A stretch of DNA of 39,690 nucleotides from a virus (Duplodnaviria > Caudoviricetes). The notes below the pieces were generated by a model. The model had not been told where the DNA came from and ran no database searches. It saw only the letters and a program-made list of their open reading frames with translations. Positions 17,199 to 26,182 of this stretch are shown in pieces (within the stretch, counting starts at the first letter, position 1; each line of letters starts with the position of its first letter). The translations under genes and the position numbers were made by a program. Location: IMG/VR virus record IMGVR_UViG_3300033416_000017, positions 1 through 39,690 of that record; one strand, given 5' to 3'.

Positions 17199-20152
17199 GG
17201 TTTCTGCCCAAGAAAATACTGGGTATCGCTGACCGTAATGACGACCTCGTCCGTTCGCTCGTCGTCGTTCGTCACGTCCGTCACGGTCAGTGTGAAGGTA
17301 TGGACCCCGCTATTCAGCGCCAGGGGGTCCGGGTTCTTGCCCGTCGCGACGGTCTCACCGTTCTCGGTCCAGACGTAGGTCGTCGAGCTGGAGTTGAGAA
17401 TCCAGTTGCGGGATAGGGAGCCATCGAGTCTCAGGGTACTGGCCTGGCCGGGCCCGATGGTCCGGTCCGCACCCGCGTTGGCGCTCAAGGGATCGAAGAC
17501 GGCACGGCCGAAGGAGCTGCGATGGGTATTGTAGACCTCCCGGAACCACGGATCGGAGTAGTACCAATCGTCTTCCGAGATGTTGCGGCGCTGATAGGCA
17601 TGCGAATCGTAGTAGTCGAGCAGGTCATTGAAGTCCCCTAGGACCTCAGCCCCAATGCCCAGGATGGCCGTGATCATTCCGTAGGATCCGGCGCAGGCGA
17701 TTCCCTCGTAGGGCTCCGTGAAGTGGGGGGTGACGAAATACCACTCCGCCCGGCCGCCCTGATAGAAGATCGGGGCACCGATCAGGTTGTCGGTCAGCTC
17801 GTTGTAGTCCGCCCCGCCCCAGTTGTAGTTGCAGGCCCCGATGCCGACGAAACTGGAGATGCCGTAGAACGTGTTGGCCAGGGTAGTCCCCAGCCACGGC
17901 CGGTCCAGGATCAGGTGGGTCGTGTCCTCGACACTGTCGATGGTGTAGGCCCGACCGTCGAACTTGTCCATCTCGTAGCCGTCGGTGAAGCTGCTCGGAT
18001 GGGTCGGCGGCCGGCACATGATCATCTGGCCTTCATGGCCGGCGACCCACGTCGTGCCCGATCCGACGACCTCGTTGGAATCGTGGGTGAACGTGGCCTT
18101 GCCGGTGAAATAGCCCGGATAGACGTAGAAGAACGTGTCCCCGACCGTGTAGTTGTGCGGCGGCGAGCGAATGTCCTCGGCCCGGACCTTGAGGCACTGG
18201 TAGGTCTCTCCGAAGAATTGCGTGTTCTCGCTCGTGTACGGGTAGGATGAAATGTAGGGAGCGCCGGCATACGGCGCGGCGGCGATCGTCTTGGCGTCAT
18301 TGAAGGCCCGGGCGGCCGCGAGGAAGGGCAGCAATCGCCCCACGTAGAATCCGCCGGCCGTGAACTCGTAATGCCGAACGGGCACCGGGCCCTTCTCACC
18401 CCGGTCCACGATCTGCCGGGAGGTATCCAGGCCAAATTGGAGATAATACTTAGCCAGAGTCAGTTTGGCGGAGTCGTCAGCCTGCTCGCAGAGCTTCAGC
18501 AGCGCCCCGGTCGTCGCCTTGGCGAGCCAGCCGCCGTAGGTGTCGATCGGGGCATCGTAGGCATGGGTGGCCTGGAGGATCGTGTTCCATTGCCAGTCGA
18601 AAATCGTCCGGCAGAACAGGGCCTCGTAGTAGGCGAACGTGTGCGTGCTTTTCGTCGCAGTCAGGTCGGCGAACACGTCAAAGTCAATATCGGCCGTGTT
18701 GTACTCGGGGACCTTCGTACTGGAGTCGCCCCAGTAGGGCCGGAACCAGTATCCGTCCGTCGCCGGAGACGGCGCGGCGGCCAGGACGGTCAGCAGGCAG
18801 AACTTCTTGACCGGCTCCCAGTAGCTGGCGCCCTTGTGCGTCCTGGACGTGACAAAGACCGCCGTGTGCCCGGCGGCAATCTGCGGGTAGGTCCCGGCGT
18901 CACCCGTAACGAACTCGTCGATGATATCCTCATCGGCACTGTAAGGGACGAAGTAGCCCGTGTTGTAGGCCGCGGTGGGGACCATGCCCTGGAGAGCGGT
19001 AGCCCCCCCGTATCCGCCGATCGGGTCCAGGTCGCAGCAGACGTAGCACGGATCGCTCGGGCTGGGCGATAGAGCCGTGATCGTGACGTACCCACCCGCC
19101 GAATCGGCCGCCCACCAGTCGTTCGGGCAGACGAATCGGCCGCAGGAGCCAGTGCCGCTCTGATAGGTCAAGCTGACGACGAGTTGGCCCTCCAGCCCGG
19201 AGTAGAAGGTGATCGTACTCACGAAGATCAGCTCGTCGAATCCCGCATCGGAGTGGATTCGCGTTTCACCATCGACGTCGTCGCTCGGCCCGGCCGCCGT
19301 GCAGTTGTAGTTTCCGTCTTCCCCTGAATCCAGGTGATAGTCGCCGCTGCCGGCGTTCACGAAGGTGAACGTCTTACTGCGGTAGCCCGCCCCGTCCGGA
19401 CTGCTGGTGTCGGATGTGTAGTTGCAGGCCGTCGTCGCGGTGCTTCCGCCAGGCGCGTCGTAGTAGTCAGCCGTCGTGTTACCTGAGAGCAGGTTGTTCT
19501 TGAATGTCACGGTTCCCGTACCGTCGAACTGGAAGCCATAGGCGGCGTTGCCCACCAGCGTGTTGTGAATGATGGTCCCGGAGGTCTGATAGTCCCGGAT
19601 TCCGATGTTGTTGCCGTAGCAGACGTTGTTGTAAACCGTCTTGCCTGTTCCGGCGTCGACCCAGATGCCGGCGTAGCCGCTCTGCGTGCAGCCGTGGACG
19701 ATGTTCTTCTCGACGAGGACACTATCTGCATTGAGGAGGCAGATGCCATTGTAACCGCTCGATGATCCGATCACTTCCACGTAGCGAAGCGTGACGTTGT
19801 CGGACTGAATGAAAATTCCCTGGCTGGCGCTGGTGTAGTGAAGCTGATATTTGCTCTCATCCGCTTTTCCGGTGGTGTTGTTGCCCTCGATCACGACCGT
19901 ATGGCCGTTCGGGTCCCTGGCGTCCAGATTCGCGGCCGTCGTGTCATCCGTACTGCCGGAGCAGGTGATCTTGTAGTCGTCGTCGAGCGGATCGGGCAGA
20001 GAGGCCCACGCCGCGTTCAAGGACGTATAGTCTGCCCCGCCGCCAGGATTGACAGTCTTGGTCGTCAGGGCCAGGCAGGGCGGCGCCCAGAGCGCCGATC
20101 CCAGCAGGGCCATCAGTACGATCAGACGGACCAGCGGGTATCTCATTGGCAT
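17195..20152 (-). CDS. Exported tailspike/depolymerase-like protein: beta-helix, central domain, C-terminal PKD/Ig-like domain
   Basis: RBS GGAG before ATG 20152. Signal MPMRYPLVRLIVLMALLGSALWAPPCLA|L. Pectin-lyase-like repeats (VEKNIVHG, VYNNVCYGN, IHNTLVGN, FKNNLLSGN) and C-terminal ANAGADRTI...LDGSLS...HTFTLTVTD. Confidence 0.8.
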   Translation of the reverse strand: MPMRYPLVRLIVLMALLGSALWAPPCLALTTKTVNPGGGADYTSLNAAWASLPDPLDDDYKITCSGSTDDTTAANLDARDPNGHTVVIEGNNTTGKADESKYQLHYTSASQGIFIQSDNVTLRYVEVIGSSSGYNGICLLNADSVLVEKNIVHGCTQSGYAGIWVDAGTGKTVYNNVCYGNNIGIRDYQTSGTIIHNTLVGNAAYGFQFDGTGTVTFKNNLLSGNTTADYYDAPGGSTATTACNYTSDTSSPDGAGYRSKTFTFVNAGSGDYHLDSGEDGNYNCTAAGPSDDVDGETRIHSDAGFDELIFVSTITFYSGLEGQLVVSLTYQSGTGSCGRFVCPNDWWAADSAGGYVTITALSPSPSDPCYVCCDLDPIGGYGGATALQGMVPTAAYNTGYFVPYSADEDIIDEFVTGDAGTYPQIAAGHTAVFVTSRTHKGASYWEPVKKFCLLTVLAAAPSPATDGYWFRPYWGDSSTKVPEYNTADIDFDVFADLTATKSTHTFAYYEALFCRTIFDWQWNTILQATHAYDAPIDTYGGWLAKATTGALLKLCEQADDSAKLTLAKYYLQFGLDTSRQIVDRGEKGPVPVRHYEFTAGGFYVGRLLPFLAAARAFNDAKTIAAAPYAGAPYISSYPYTSENTQFFGETYQCLKVRAEDIRSPPHNYTVGDTFFYVYPGYFTGKATFTHDSNEVVGSGTTWVAGHEGQMIMCRPPTHPSSFTDGYEMDKFDGRAYTIDSVEDTTHLILDRPWLGTTLANTFYGISSFVGIGACNYNWGGADYNELTDNLIGAPIFYQGGRAEWYFVTPHFTEPYEGIACAGSYGMITAILGIGAEVLGDFNDLLDYYDSHAYQRRNISEDDWYYSDPWFREVYNTHRSSFGRAVFDPLSANAGADRTIGPGQASTLRLDGSLSRNWILNSSSTTYVWTENGETVATGKNPDPLALNSGVHTFTLTVTDVTNDDERTDEVVITVSDTQYFLGQKP

Positions 20153-20174
20153 GGTCGACTCCATCCTGCCATCC

Positions 20175-20408
20175 TCATTCGATCAGGTTGCCCTCTGGAT
20201 CCCGGGGCCAGACATTGAGCCGCGGGGCTCCCCAGTTGACCAGGACGGTGGGCTTGTGCGGGACCGGCCGGCCATCCCGGGTGACAGGGTAGCCCGCGCG
20301 ATGCGCTCGAAAGTTGACCTCATCGCGCGCCTCGCGCGGGCCGACATCGTCGGGTACGAACTCCCCGTGCAGATCCATTTTCGTGACGTCGGGCCCGACC
20401 CGTTCCAT
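20175..20408 (-). CDS. Hypothetical protein
   Basis: 77 aa, tightly packed in the operon, GAGG RBS. Confidence 0.6.
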   Translation of the reverse strand: MERVGPDVTKMDLHGEFVPDDVGPREARDEVNFRAHRAGYPVTRDGRPVPHKPTVLVNWGAPRLNVWPRDPEGNLIE

Positions 20409-20418
20409 CTGACGCCTC

Positions 20419-20619
20419 TCAAAAAACGTCGGTGGGCTGGACGCCGAGGACGTGGGCCACGAGCCGGATCATCCGCAGCTTGGCCGGGACGTCGTCCTGC
20501 TCCATGGCCTGCCATTCCTTGAGCGTCATGCCCGTCCGGTTGGCGCACTGCTGTTTGGTCAGGCCGGCCGCCTCCCGCAGCGCCTTGATATGCTCGCCGA
20601 AGGTTTCGTAGTCGGACAT
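20419..20619 (-). CDS. XRE-family helix-turn-helix protein
   Basis: FGEHIKALREAAGLTKQQCANRTGMT...WQAME fits the Cro/XRE HTH pattern. Confidence 0.8.
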   Translation of the reverse strand: MSDYETFGEHIKALREAAGLTKQQCANRTGMTLKEWQAMEQDDVPAKLRMIRLVAHVLGVQPTDVF

Positions 20620-20623
20620 GATC

Positions 20624-20779
20624 TTACCCCGCGACGGGCTGGGCCGGCTTGCTGCTGCCCGGACGCTGCGCTTCTTTCATGGCCGCCAGGGTGGCGCCGC
20701 GTCGTTCGGCATAGCTGCCGGTGGCCGGAGGAGTCACGGCCGCAGGGGCCGGGGTGGGGGCTGTCGTTTCCTTAGCCAT
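20624..20779 (-). CDS. Small Pro/Ala-rich protein (51 aa, not in the ORF track)
   Basis: Strong RBS AAGGAG. MAKETTAPTPAPAAVTPPATGSYAERRG...PVAG*, with the stop 4 nt before the next ATG. Confidence 0.6.
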   Translation of the reverse strand: MAKETTAPTPAPAAVTPPATGSYAERRGATLAAMKEAQRPGSSKPAQPVAG

Positions 20780-20817
20780 TTGCTTCTCCTTGTGAAAACT
20801 CAATCGGTTGATCGTTC

Positions 20818-20850
20818 AAAGCGGGGGCCCGAACGGATCCAGGCCCCCGC
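20818..20850 (-). terminator. Putative intrinsic terminator/attenuator after the head genes
   Basis: Stem GCGGGGGCC/GGCCCCCGC followed by TTT on the minus strand. Confidence 0.5.
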
Positions 20851-20870
20851 ACTATCCATCGGGCCGGCGG

Positions 20871-21662
20871 TCAATAGCTGAGGTTCAGCATGACGTTGGG
20901 CTGGGCGCTCAGGGCGGCCGAGGTCTGATCGATGCAGAACCCGGCGATCTGATAGCCGGTCTCGATCGTCAGGGCCGTGCCGAAGTTGACCGACCCGTCG
21001 CCCACGAAGTAGGCCGTCCGATCGTTGACCGTGTTGCCGGGCGTCGGATCGCCCCCGCCGGGGCAGATCCAGCAGGGCCCCGCCGTCTGGCCCCAGTAGT
21101 TGTAGCCGGTCGTGCACCCGACGATCGGCACACAGACGAAGGCGTTGTATTCCAGCGCCCCCTTGGACGTGTACCGGTAGGCGTTGAGGCAGACCTCGAC
21201 CCACGAGCTGGCCGCCGTCATGACATTGGCGCACGGCATATCGAGCAGGACCCGGCAGGTCCCGCCGCCGCTGGCCACGGCCGTATTGGCCATGATCGTG
21301 CGGTTGTTGGCCAGGGCCTCGGCCCCGTGCCCGAAGACGATCTGGGCGCCGAGCAGCTCGTTTTCGGCGATGACCCCGTCGCCGGCGTGACCATCGCCCG
21401 AGGCGATCGTGATCAGGATCTCGCGGTCCTTGACGGCCGTGGCCACCGGGATGGCGGCGCTGATATTCGAGGCCCCGATATTGGCGGCCCCGAACCCGGC
21501 CAGCAGGGTCCCAAGCGAATGGCAGTACTTGTAGTACTTGCCGTCCCAGGTGATGTATCGCCGGCCGTAGGCGTGGCGCTGGGGGGTGCCCGGGGCGATC
21601 AGGTCATCCGGCTGCGAATAGGGCCCCACGATCGGGGCCAGGTTGAAAGCGGGAAGATTCAT
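20871..21662 (-). CDS. Putative capsid decoration/cement protein
   Basis: 263 aa, directly after the major capsid gene, strong RBS. Motifs GRRYITWDGKYYKY and YWGQTAGP. No signal peptide. Confidence 0.6.
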   Translation of the reverse strand: MNLPAFNLAPIVGPYSQPDDLIAPGTPQRHAYGRRYITWDGKYYKYCHSLGTLLAGFGAANIGASNISAAIPVATAVKDREILITIASGDGHAGDGVIAENELLGAQIVFGHGAEALANNRTIMANTAVASGGGTCRVLLDMPCANVMTAASSWVEVCLNAYRYTSKGALEYNAFVCVPIVGCTTGYNYWGQTAGPCWICPGGGDPTPGNTVNDRTAYFVGDGSVNFGTALTIETGYQIAGFCIDQTSAALSAQPNVMLNLSY

Positions 21663-21738
21663 AGTTTTGTCCTTTCGTTGTCCAGTTTGTCCTTTTGTTT
21701 TGCGTCTCAGTCCGGACCGGAGTCGGACGCTCCCCGGT

Positions 21739-22662
21739 CTAGGCTGATTTCTTCAGAAGGATCTCGATGACGGCCGGCCCTTCCTGCCGGGTCGCCCCCT
21801 TGGAGAACTTGTTGTAGCAGTACCAGCTCTTGGTCTTGCTGGTGTCCTGCCAGAGGTCCCCGGTGTTTTCCTGCCCGATGCCCAGGGCGATCGCGCCGCC
21901 GACGCAGGCGTAGGACCGGGCGCATCCGGTATCGGTTGCGTGGGTCAGGAGCCGCTCCGTCCAGATGAAGTTGAAGCCCATGAACGTGTTGACCTCCCCG
22001 TGGGCCAGCGCCTTGACCGTATTGTAGTCAGCGCTCTTGACCTCGGTCGTCTGGAGGAGCTGCCACTTGTTGTAGGCGTTCGCGATGAAGTACCGCGTCA
22101 GGCCCTCGGGCAACTGGGCCTCGTCGAGCAGCTCGCCGCACAGGCCGAGCTTGGCGATCGTCAGGGCCGTCTCGGTCGTGTTGGAGGCGTCGGACCCGGC
22201 GGCGACGAGCGTGCCGTCTCCATTGATGACGCGGCACTCGCCCGAATCGTAGTTGTTGACCGTCGTGCCGCCGGCCTCGCCGGCATAGGCGGCCCCACCC
22301 AGGGCGGCGATGATCAGATCGTCCTCCGCCCGGTTCAGGGCCTGATTGCCGAGGACGACGTACTTGCCCTTGAAATCGACGATGACCTTGGATGTGTCCT
22401 GCTCGTCGATGTAGTCGCCCCACTCCTTGTCGATGATCGTCCCCTTGCGCCGCGAGTGGGTCACCGGCGTGAAGGGATTGTCGCCATGGCGGCTGGTGCG
22501 GGTCACGGCCTCCGACCCCTTGAGTCGCTCGCCGTAGAATGTCTTACCCACGACGGAGACGACCTCGCAGATCGGCCGCAGCAAGGCCCGCTGCTGCTCG
22601 CCGAGCATCCGCACGTTGCTGCGGTACTGCTCGACCATGGCCTCGGTGATGGTGAAACTCAT
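21739..22662 (-). CDS. Major capsid protein
   Basis: MSFTITEAMVEQY, P.THSRR, KSADYNTVKALAHGEVNTFMGFNFI and GATRQEG are typical podoviral capsid motifs. Follows the scaffold gene. Confidence 0.92.
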   Translation of the reverse strand: MSFTITEAMVEQYRSNVRMLGEQQRALLRPICEVVSVVGKTFYGERLKGSEAVTRTSRHGDNPFTPVTHSRRKGTIIDKEWGDYIDEQDTSKVIVDFKGKYVVLGNQALNRAEDDLIIAALGGAAYAGEAGGTTVNNYDSGECRVINGDGTLVAAGSDASNTTETALTIAKLGLCGELLDEAQLPEGLTRYFIANAYNKWQLLQTTEVKSADYNTVKALAHGEVNTFMGFNFIWTERLLTHATDTGCARSYACVGGAIALGIGQENTGDLWQDTSKTKSWYCYNKFSKGATRQEGPAVIEILLKKSA

Positions 22663-22707
22663 AGGAAGCCCTTTCGATTTTTGATGATGATTGTCTGGTT
22701 TCGAAAT

Positions 22708-22802
22708 GGGCTCCCCGATGCGGCCGATGAACCGGCCTCACGGACCCTACCGTTTGCGTTTGGCCCCGCCGGGTGCGGACCGCTGGTGAAGCGGCTGCCC
22801 GC
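22708..22802 (-). promoter_or_regulatory. Structured 5' leader of the capsid gene (two hairpins sharing an internal-loop motif)
   Basis: GCGG-GCAG-CCGCU/AGCGG-U-CCGC (22802-22775) and GGG-U-CCG.../...CGG-GGAG-CCC (22747-22708). Confidence 0.5.
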
Positions 22803-22895
22803 TGAAATGCGGTTGCTGGTTTTTAGTTGGTGGTTGCTCGTTGCCCACAACCATCAACCATCCACCAACAACTCCCCTGCTCGCGTCCAGACCGG

Positions 22896-23807
22896 TTAGG
22901 GCTGCCTGGCCGCTCGCAGTTGCTCCCGCAGTTGCAGCACCTGCTGCGTCACTGCGTCATGTCTCGGATTGTCGGGTTTTCGATACGCTTCGGACGTCTC
23001 CAGATCGAAGATCTGACGCTCGATCGACCCGGTGTCGGCCCGTCCGGTGGATCCGGCGTGCAGCCGGTCCGGCGAGACGGCCTCCCCGATCGCCTTGAAC
23101 AGTTTCAGAAAGACCGGATCGCCCAGCCAGCCGGCGGAACGGGCGTAGGCCAGATCGTTGGCGTTGCAGAACGCCGCCGCCGCCGTATTGGCGAGCTGGA
23201 CGTTGTAGTCGTATTTGCCCTGCCATTCGTTTTGCAGGGCGATCTTGCGGTCGGCCTGGTCCTTGACCGCCTGGGCCTGCGCCGCCTGATACGCGGCGAC
23301 CTCGCGCTCCTGGATCTCCTTCGAGAGGCCCAGGAACTGCTCTTCCGTCAGGTGCCACTTGTGCGCCAGTTGCCGCCAGGCCGTCATCTCCGCCTTGCGG
23401 GCCTCCGCGTGCTGGGGATTATCCCGGATCTCCGCCGGCAGATTCGCCGGCAAGGGGACCTCGGGGTACTTCTCGGGCCCGTCCTTCGGCCACCCGGCCA
23501 GGGCGAAGAACTCATCGACCTCGGGTTTATTGGCGGGATCGGTCGGCACGACCGCCCGCTTCTTGCCGATCGCCTTCTCGGCATTGACGAGCATCGCGGC
23601 GAGGGTCGGGACATCCTTGATCGTCGCCAGGGTCTTATCCGTCCGCAGGGTCGGATCGATCTTCTCATGCTGGAGCCAATTGGCGGCCAGGACCCCGTCT
23701 GCGCCCGCCAGGGGCGATGGGCCCGGGGTCGCCGTCGGCGTCGGCGTCGGGCCTGGCGTCGATGTCGGGCCAGGTGCTGGATTCGGATTCGGTGTCGGTG
23801 TTTCCAT
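22896..23807 (-). CDS. Capsid scaffolding/assembly protein
   Basis: Pro/Thr-rich N-terminus, LAGWPK..EKY, LQNEWQGKYDYNV and C-terminal AYRKPDNPRHDAV. Sits between portal and capsid. Confidence 0.85.
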   Translation of the reverse strand: METPTPNPNPAPGPTSTPGPTPTPTATPGPSPLAGADGVLAANWLQHEKIDPTLRTDKTLATIKDVPTLAAMLVNAEKAIGKKRAVVPTDPANKPEVDEFFALAGWPKDGPEKYPEVPLPANLPAEIRDNPQHAEARKAEMTAWRQLAHKWHLTEEQFLGLSKEIQEREVAAYQAAQAQAVKDQADRKIALQNEWQGKYDYNVQLANTAAAAFCNANDLAYARSAGWLGDPVFLKLFKAIGEAVSPDRLHAGSTGRADTGSIERQIFDLETSEAYRKPDNPRHDAVTQQVLQLREQLRAARQP

Positions 23808-23841
23808 TGGTCCTATCAGTCCAATTAGTCGGATCGCTCAA

Positions 23842-24258
23842 TCACCCTGCCAGCTCGGCCGCCCTCATCAGCATCCGATTCGTGATGGGGACGGGGTTGC
23901 CGTTGGCGCCCTCGAAACTGTAGATCGCCAGATCGTCGTCCTCGACCCGCAGGTCCTGGGGCAGCCGGGCAAGCGGCCGCAGCGCGTTGCGGCAGGCGGC
24001 GAGCGTCGTGTCGCCCTCGCGGCAGGTGATCGCCGCCTCGATATCGGCCGCCGTAATGACGACCTCGCGCCGGCACCGATTGATCCGGTGTTGACCCGTG
24101 AAGGCCGGGGTGTTCCCTTCTTTTTCCTTGTCGACGGCCCGGCGGTCGCCCTTCGGCGAGATCCGGGCCAGAGGCTCCAGGGCCGCGCGGCAGGCCTCGA
24201 TCGCGTCCGCGTCGGGGTCGGTCGCGAGTTTCGGTTTGGTTGACTCGACTTTGGTCAT
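23842..24258 (-). CDS. Hypothetical protein with internal duplication
   Basis: ATG 24258 overlaps the upstream stop, RBS AGGAG. Repeats IEACRAALEPLARI and LAACRNALRPLARL. Confidence 0.65.
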   Translation of the reverse strand: MTKVESTKPKLATDPDADAIEACRAALEPLARISPKGDRRAVDKEKEGNTPAFTGQHRINRCRREVVITAADIEAAITCREGDTTLAACRNALRPLARLPQDLRVEDDDLAIYSFEGANGNPVPITNRMLMRAAELAG

Positions 24259-24533
24259 ACATGCTCCTGTCGTGGAATGGGATTGCGGCCGTAGGCGATC
24301 CGCATCTCGATCCACTGAATGATCGACTGTTGCCCGCAGATGAAGGCCATGGCGTCGGGTTTGCCTTCGATGAAGGCGTTGATCGGAACGCGACCCTTGA
24401 GATCCGCGAGAACCACTCCGCCATCGGGCAGTTCGAAGAGGTTCGCATAGCTCTGGGCCGTGAGCAGGTCCTGCTCATTGGATTCGGGCCGAGGAATATC
24501 ATCGAGCGAAAACTCACGGATCTGCGCCATCAC
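24255..24533 (-). CDS. Small conserved head-region protein (Bbp19-like)
   Basis: YANLFELPDGGVVLADL...AMAFICGQQSIIQWI pattern, directly after the portal gene. Confidence 0.75.
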   Translation of the reverse strand: MMAQIREFSLDDIPRPESNEQDLLTAQSYANLFELPDGGVVLADLKGRVPINAFIEGKPDAMAFICGQQSIIQWIEMRIAYGRNPIPRQEHV

Positions 24534-26182
24534 GCCGCCGCTCCCATCATCGACGCCGCCGGCGAGCCCGTCTCCGGCCGCTTGGTCAGTTTGCCGGCCA
24601 GCTCTGCCTGCTGGACGGCCATCGCCATCTGCATCTGCTGCGCCTGGTACTGCGAGCGGGCCTCGCGGAGTGCCTTGACCTCCGAGCGGCTCTTGAGCCA
24701 GCCGGCGGGCCAGGCCATCCGCTGGAGATAGCCGCGGGCCATCTCATCGAAGGACAGGTTGTCTAGGACGCTGGGCTCGACCTCCGCCATGGGCGACAGG
24801 AACAGCAGCGCATCCTGGAGCATGCCGAGCTCGGCGTACTCCATGGCCATGGCCAGGGTCGAGACGTACCGGATCTGCGCCAGTTGCAGATACTCCAGGG
24901 GAATGCCGCGGAGCCGCTGCGGCGTCTGGGCCAGGATGGATAGCTCGATCCGGATCATCGGATCGAACAGCTCCACTTTCATGCGCCCGAAGGACGGCCC
25001 CAGCATCGAGAGCTTCTCGGCGAGGATACTGCGGACCTCGGTCGCCGTCCGGGCCTTGTCGTCGGACAGGATCAGGAACAGGTCGTTATAGAACACCTGC
25101 TTGATGGTCTCGCGTTTGCTCTGGGCATAGTCGGCCCCGAAGTCCACCCGGGCGCCCGAGTTGAAGGGCTCCGGCTTGACGAGCGGATTGATCGAGTTGA
25201 CCCGATACCACATCAGTTTGCCGGAGGCCATCGTCACCGATCCGATGAAGGAGCCGTCCGGCGCCAGGACCGGCGGCCGCACGACGTTCTCCGCGCCGAG
25301 GATCAGGCTGCGCTCGATCTTATTGACCATCTTGACGTCCGGCAGGCAGGTCATCCCCGGGCTTCGTCCGTGCTTCTCGCCGGAGGCCTTGACGAACCGG
25401 CAGACGAGGTATCGAAGCTCGGGCCAGCCGCTCTCGCGCAGGATCTGTTTGTCCTGGACGGCAATCCAGACACTGGCGATCGGCATATTCCAGACGTCGC
25501 GATCGCCGGTGTTGAATTCGGTGCGCGGGATCGCCGCGTGGAGGACCTCGAACTTCTTATCACGGCCCTTGCCGCCGTCGGCGCTCCAGGCGGCCCAGAC
25601 GGTCGGACCGACCTTGAGGGTCCCTTCGCCGAACTCCTCGACGATCTGCCGGGCCGTCCATTCGAACTTCCGCAGGACCATCTCGACCCGGCCCCGCCGG
25701 TCCTCGGCGAAGACCACCTGCTCGAACGGATAGGCGCTGAACTCGAAGAGGCTCCGCTCGCCCTGATTGACCTCCAGAGTCCCCAGTCCCGCCGAGCCCA
25801 GGTCCAGGGCCAGCTCGTAGAAGGCCTCATCGAAGTTGGATTGCTGGATCTCGTCACGCATCGTTTCCGAGATGGCCAGCAGCGGCCGCAGGACATCCTG
25901 CTGCCCGCTCGCCAGCTCGACGGGCGGCATCAGACAGAAGTTCATCCTCGCCGGATTCCACATGAAGTTATACAGGCCGGTGGCGAACCGCTCGCACGCC
26001 GTCTCCGCCGTCGAGTCGTAGAGCTCCTTGTGAAGGTCCTCGCCCTCCGTCCGCTGGGTCGTCACGGTCGCCCGCCGAGGCAGGCAATAGCCCATGACGT
26101 CCTGGACGAGGGTCTTGACCGTGGAGCGGTCCGCGTCCCAGCGGCTCCAGAGATCAATGAGCTCGGCCGCCTGCGGTTTCAT
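24530..26182 (-). CDS. Portal (head-tail connector, T7 gp8-like)
   Basis: 550 aa with LYDSTA, SNF, GEKHGRSPGMTCLPDVKMVN and RTATEV. Confidence 0.95.
   Translation of the reverse strand: MKPQAAELIDLWSRWDADRSTVKTLVQDVMGYCLPRRATVTTQRTEGEDLHKELYDSTAETACERFATGLYNFMWNPARMNFCLMPPVELASGQQDVLRPLLAISETMRDEIQQSNFDEAFYELALDLGSAGLGTLEVNQGERSLFEFSAYPFEQVVFAEDRRGRVEMVLRKFEWTARQIVEEFGEGTLKVGPTVWAAWSADGGKGRDKKFEVLHAAIPRTEFNTGDRDVWNMPIASVWIAVQDKQILRESGWPELRYLVCRFVKASGEKHGRSPGMTCLPDVKMVNKIERSLILGAENVVRPPVLAPDGSFIGSVTMASGKLMWYRVNSINPLVKPEPFNSGARVDFGADYAQSKRETIKQVFYNDLFLILSDDKARTATEVRSILAEKLSMLGPSFGRMKVELFDPMIRIELSILAQTPQRLRGIPLEYLQLAQIRYVSTLAMAMEYAELGMLQDALLFLSPMAEVEPSVLDNLSFDEMARGYLQRMAWPAGWLKSRSEVKALREARSQYQAQQMQMAMAVQQAELAGKLTKRPETGSPAASMMGAAA

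Noticed and set aside
21707-21760. Programmed frameshift extending the major capsid protein (T7 10B-like)
   Set aside because: No clear slippery heptamer at the 3' end, and the alternative frame in the ORF track stops at 21707.
23715-23800. Pro-Thr/Pro-Asn codon repeats
   Set aside because: Ordinary low-complexity N-terminus of the scaffolding protein.
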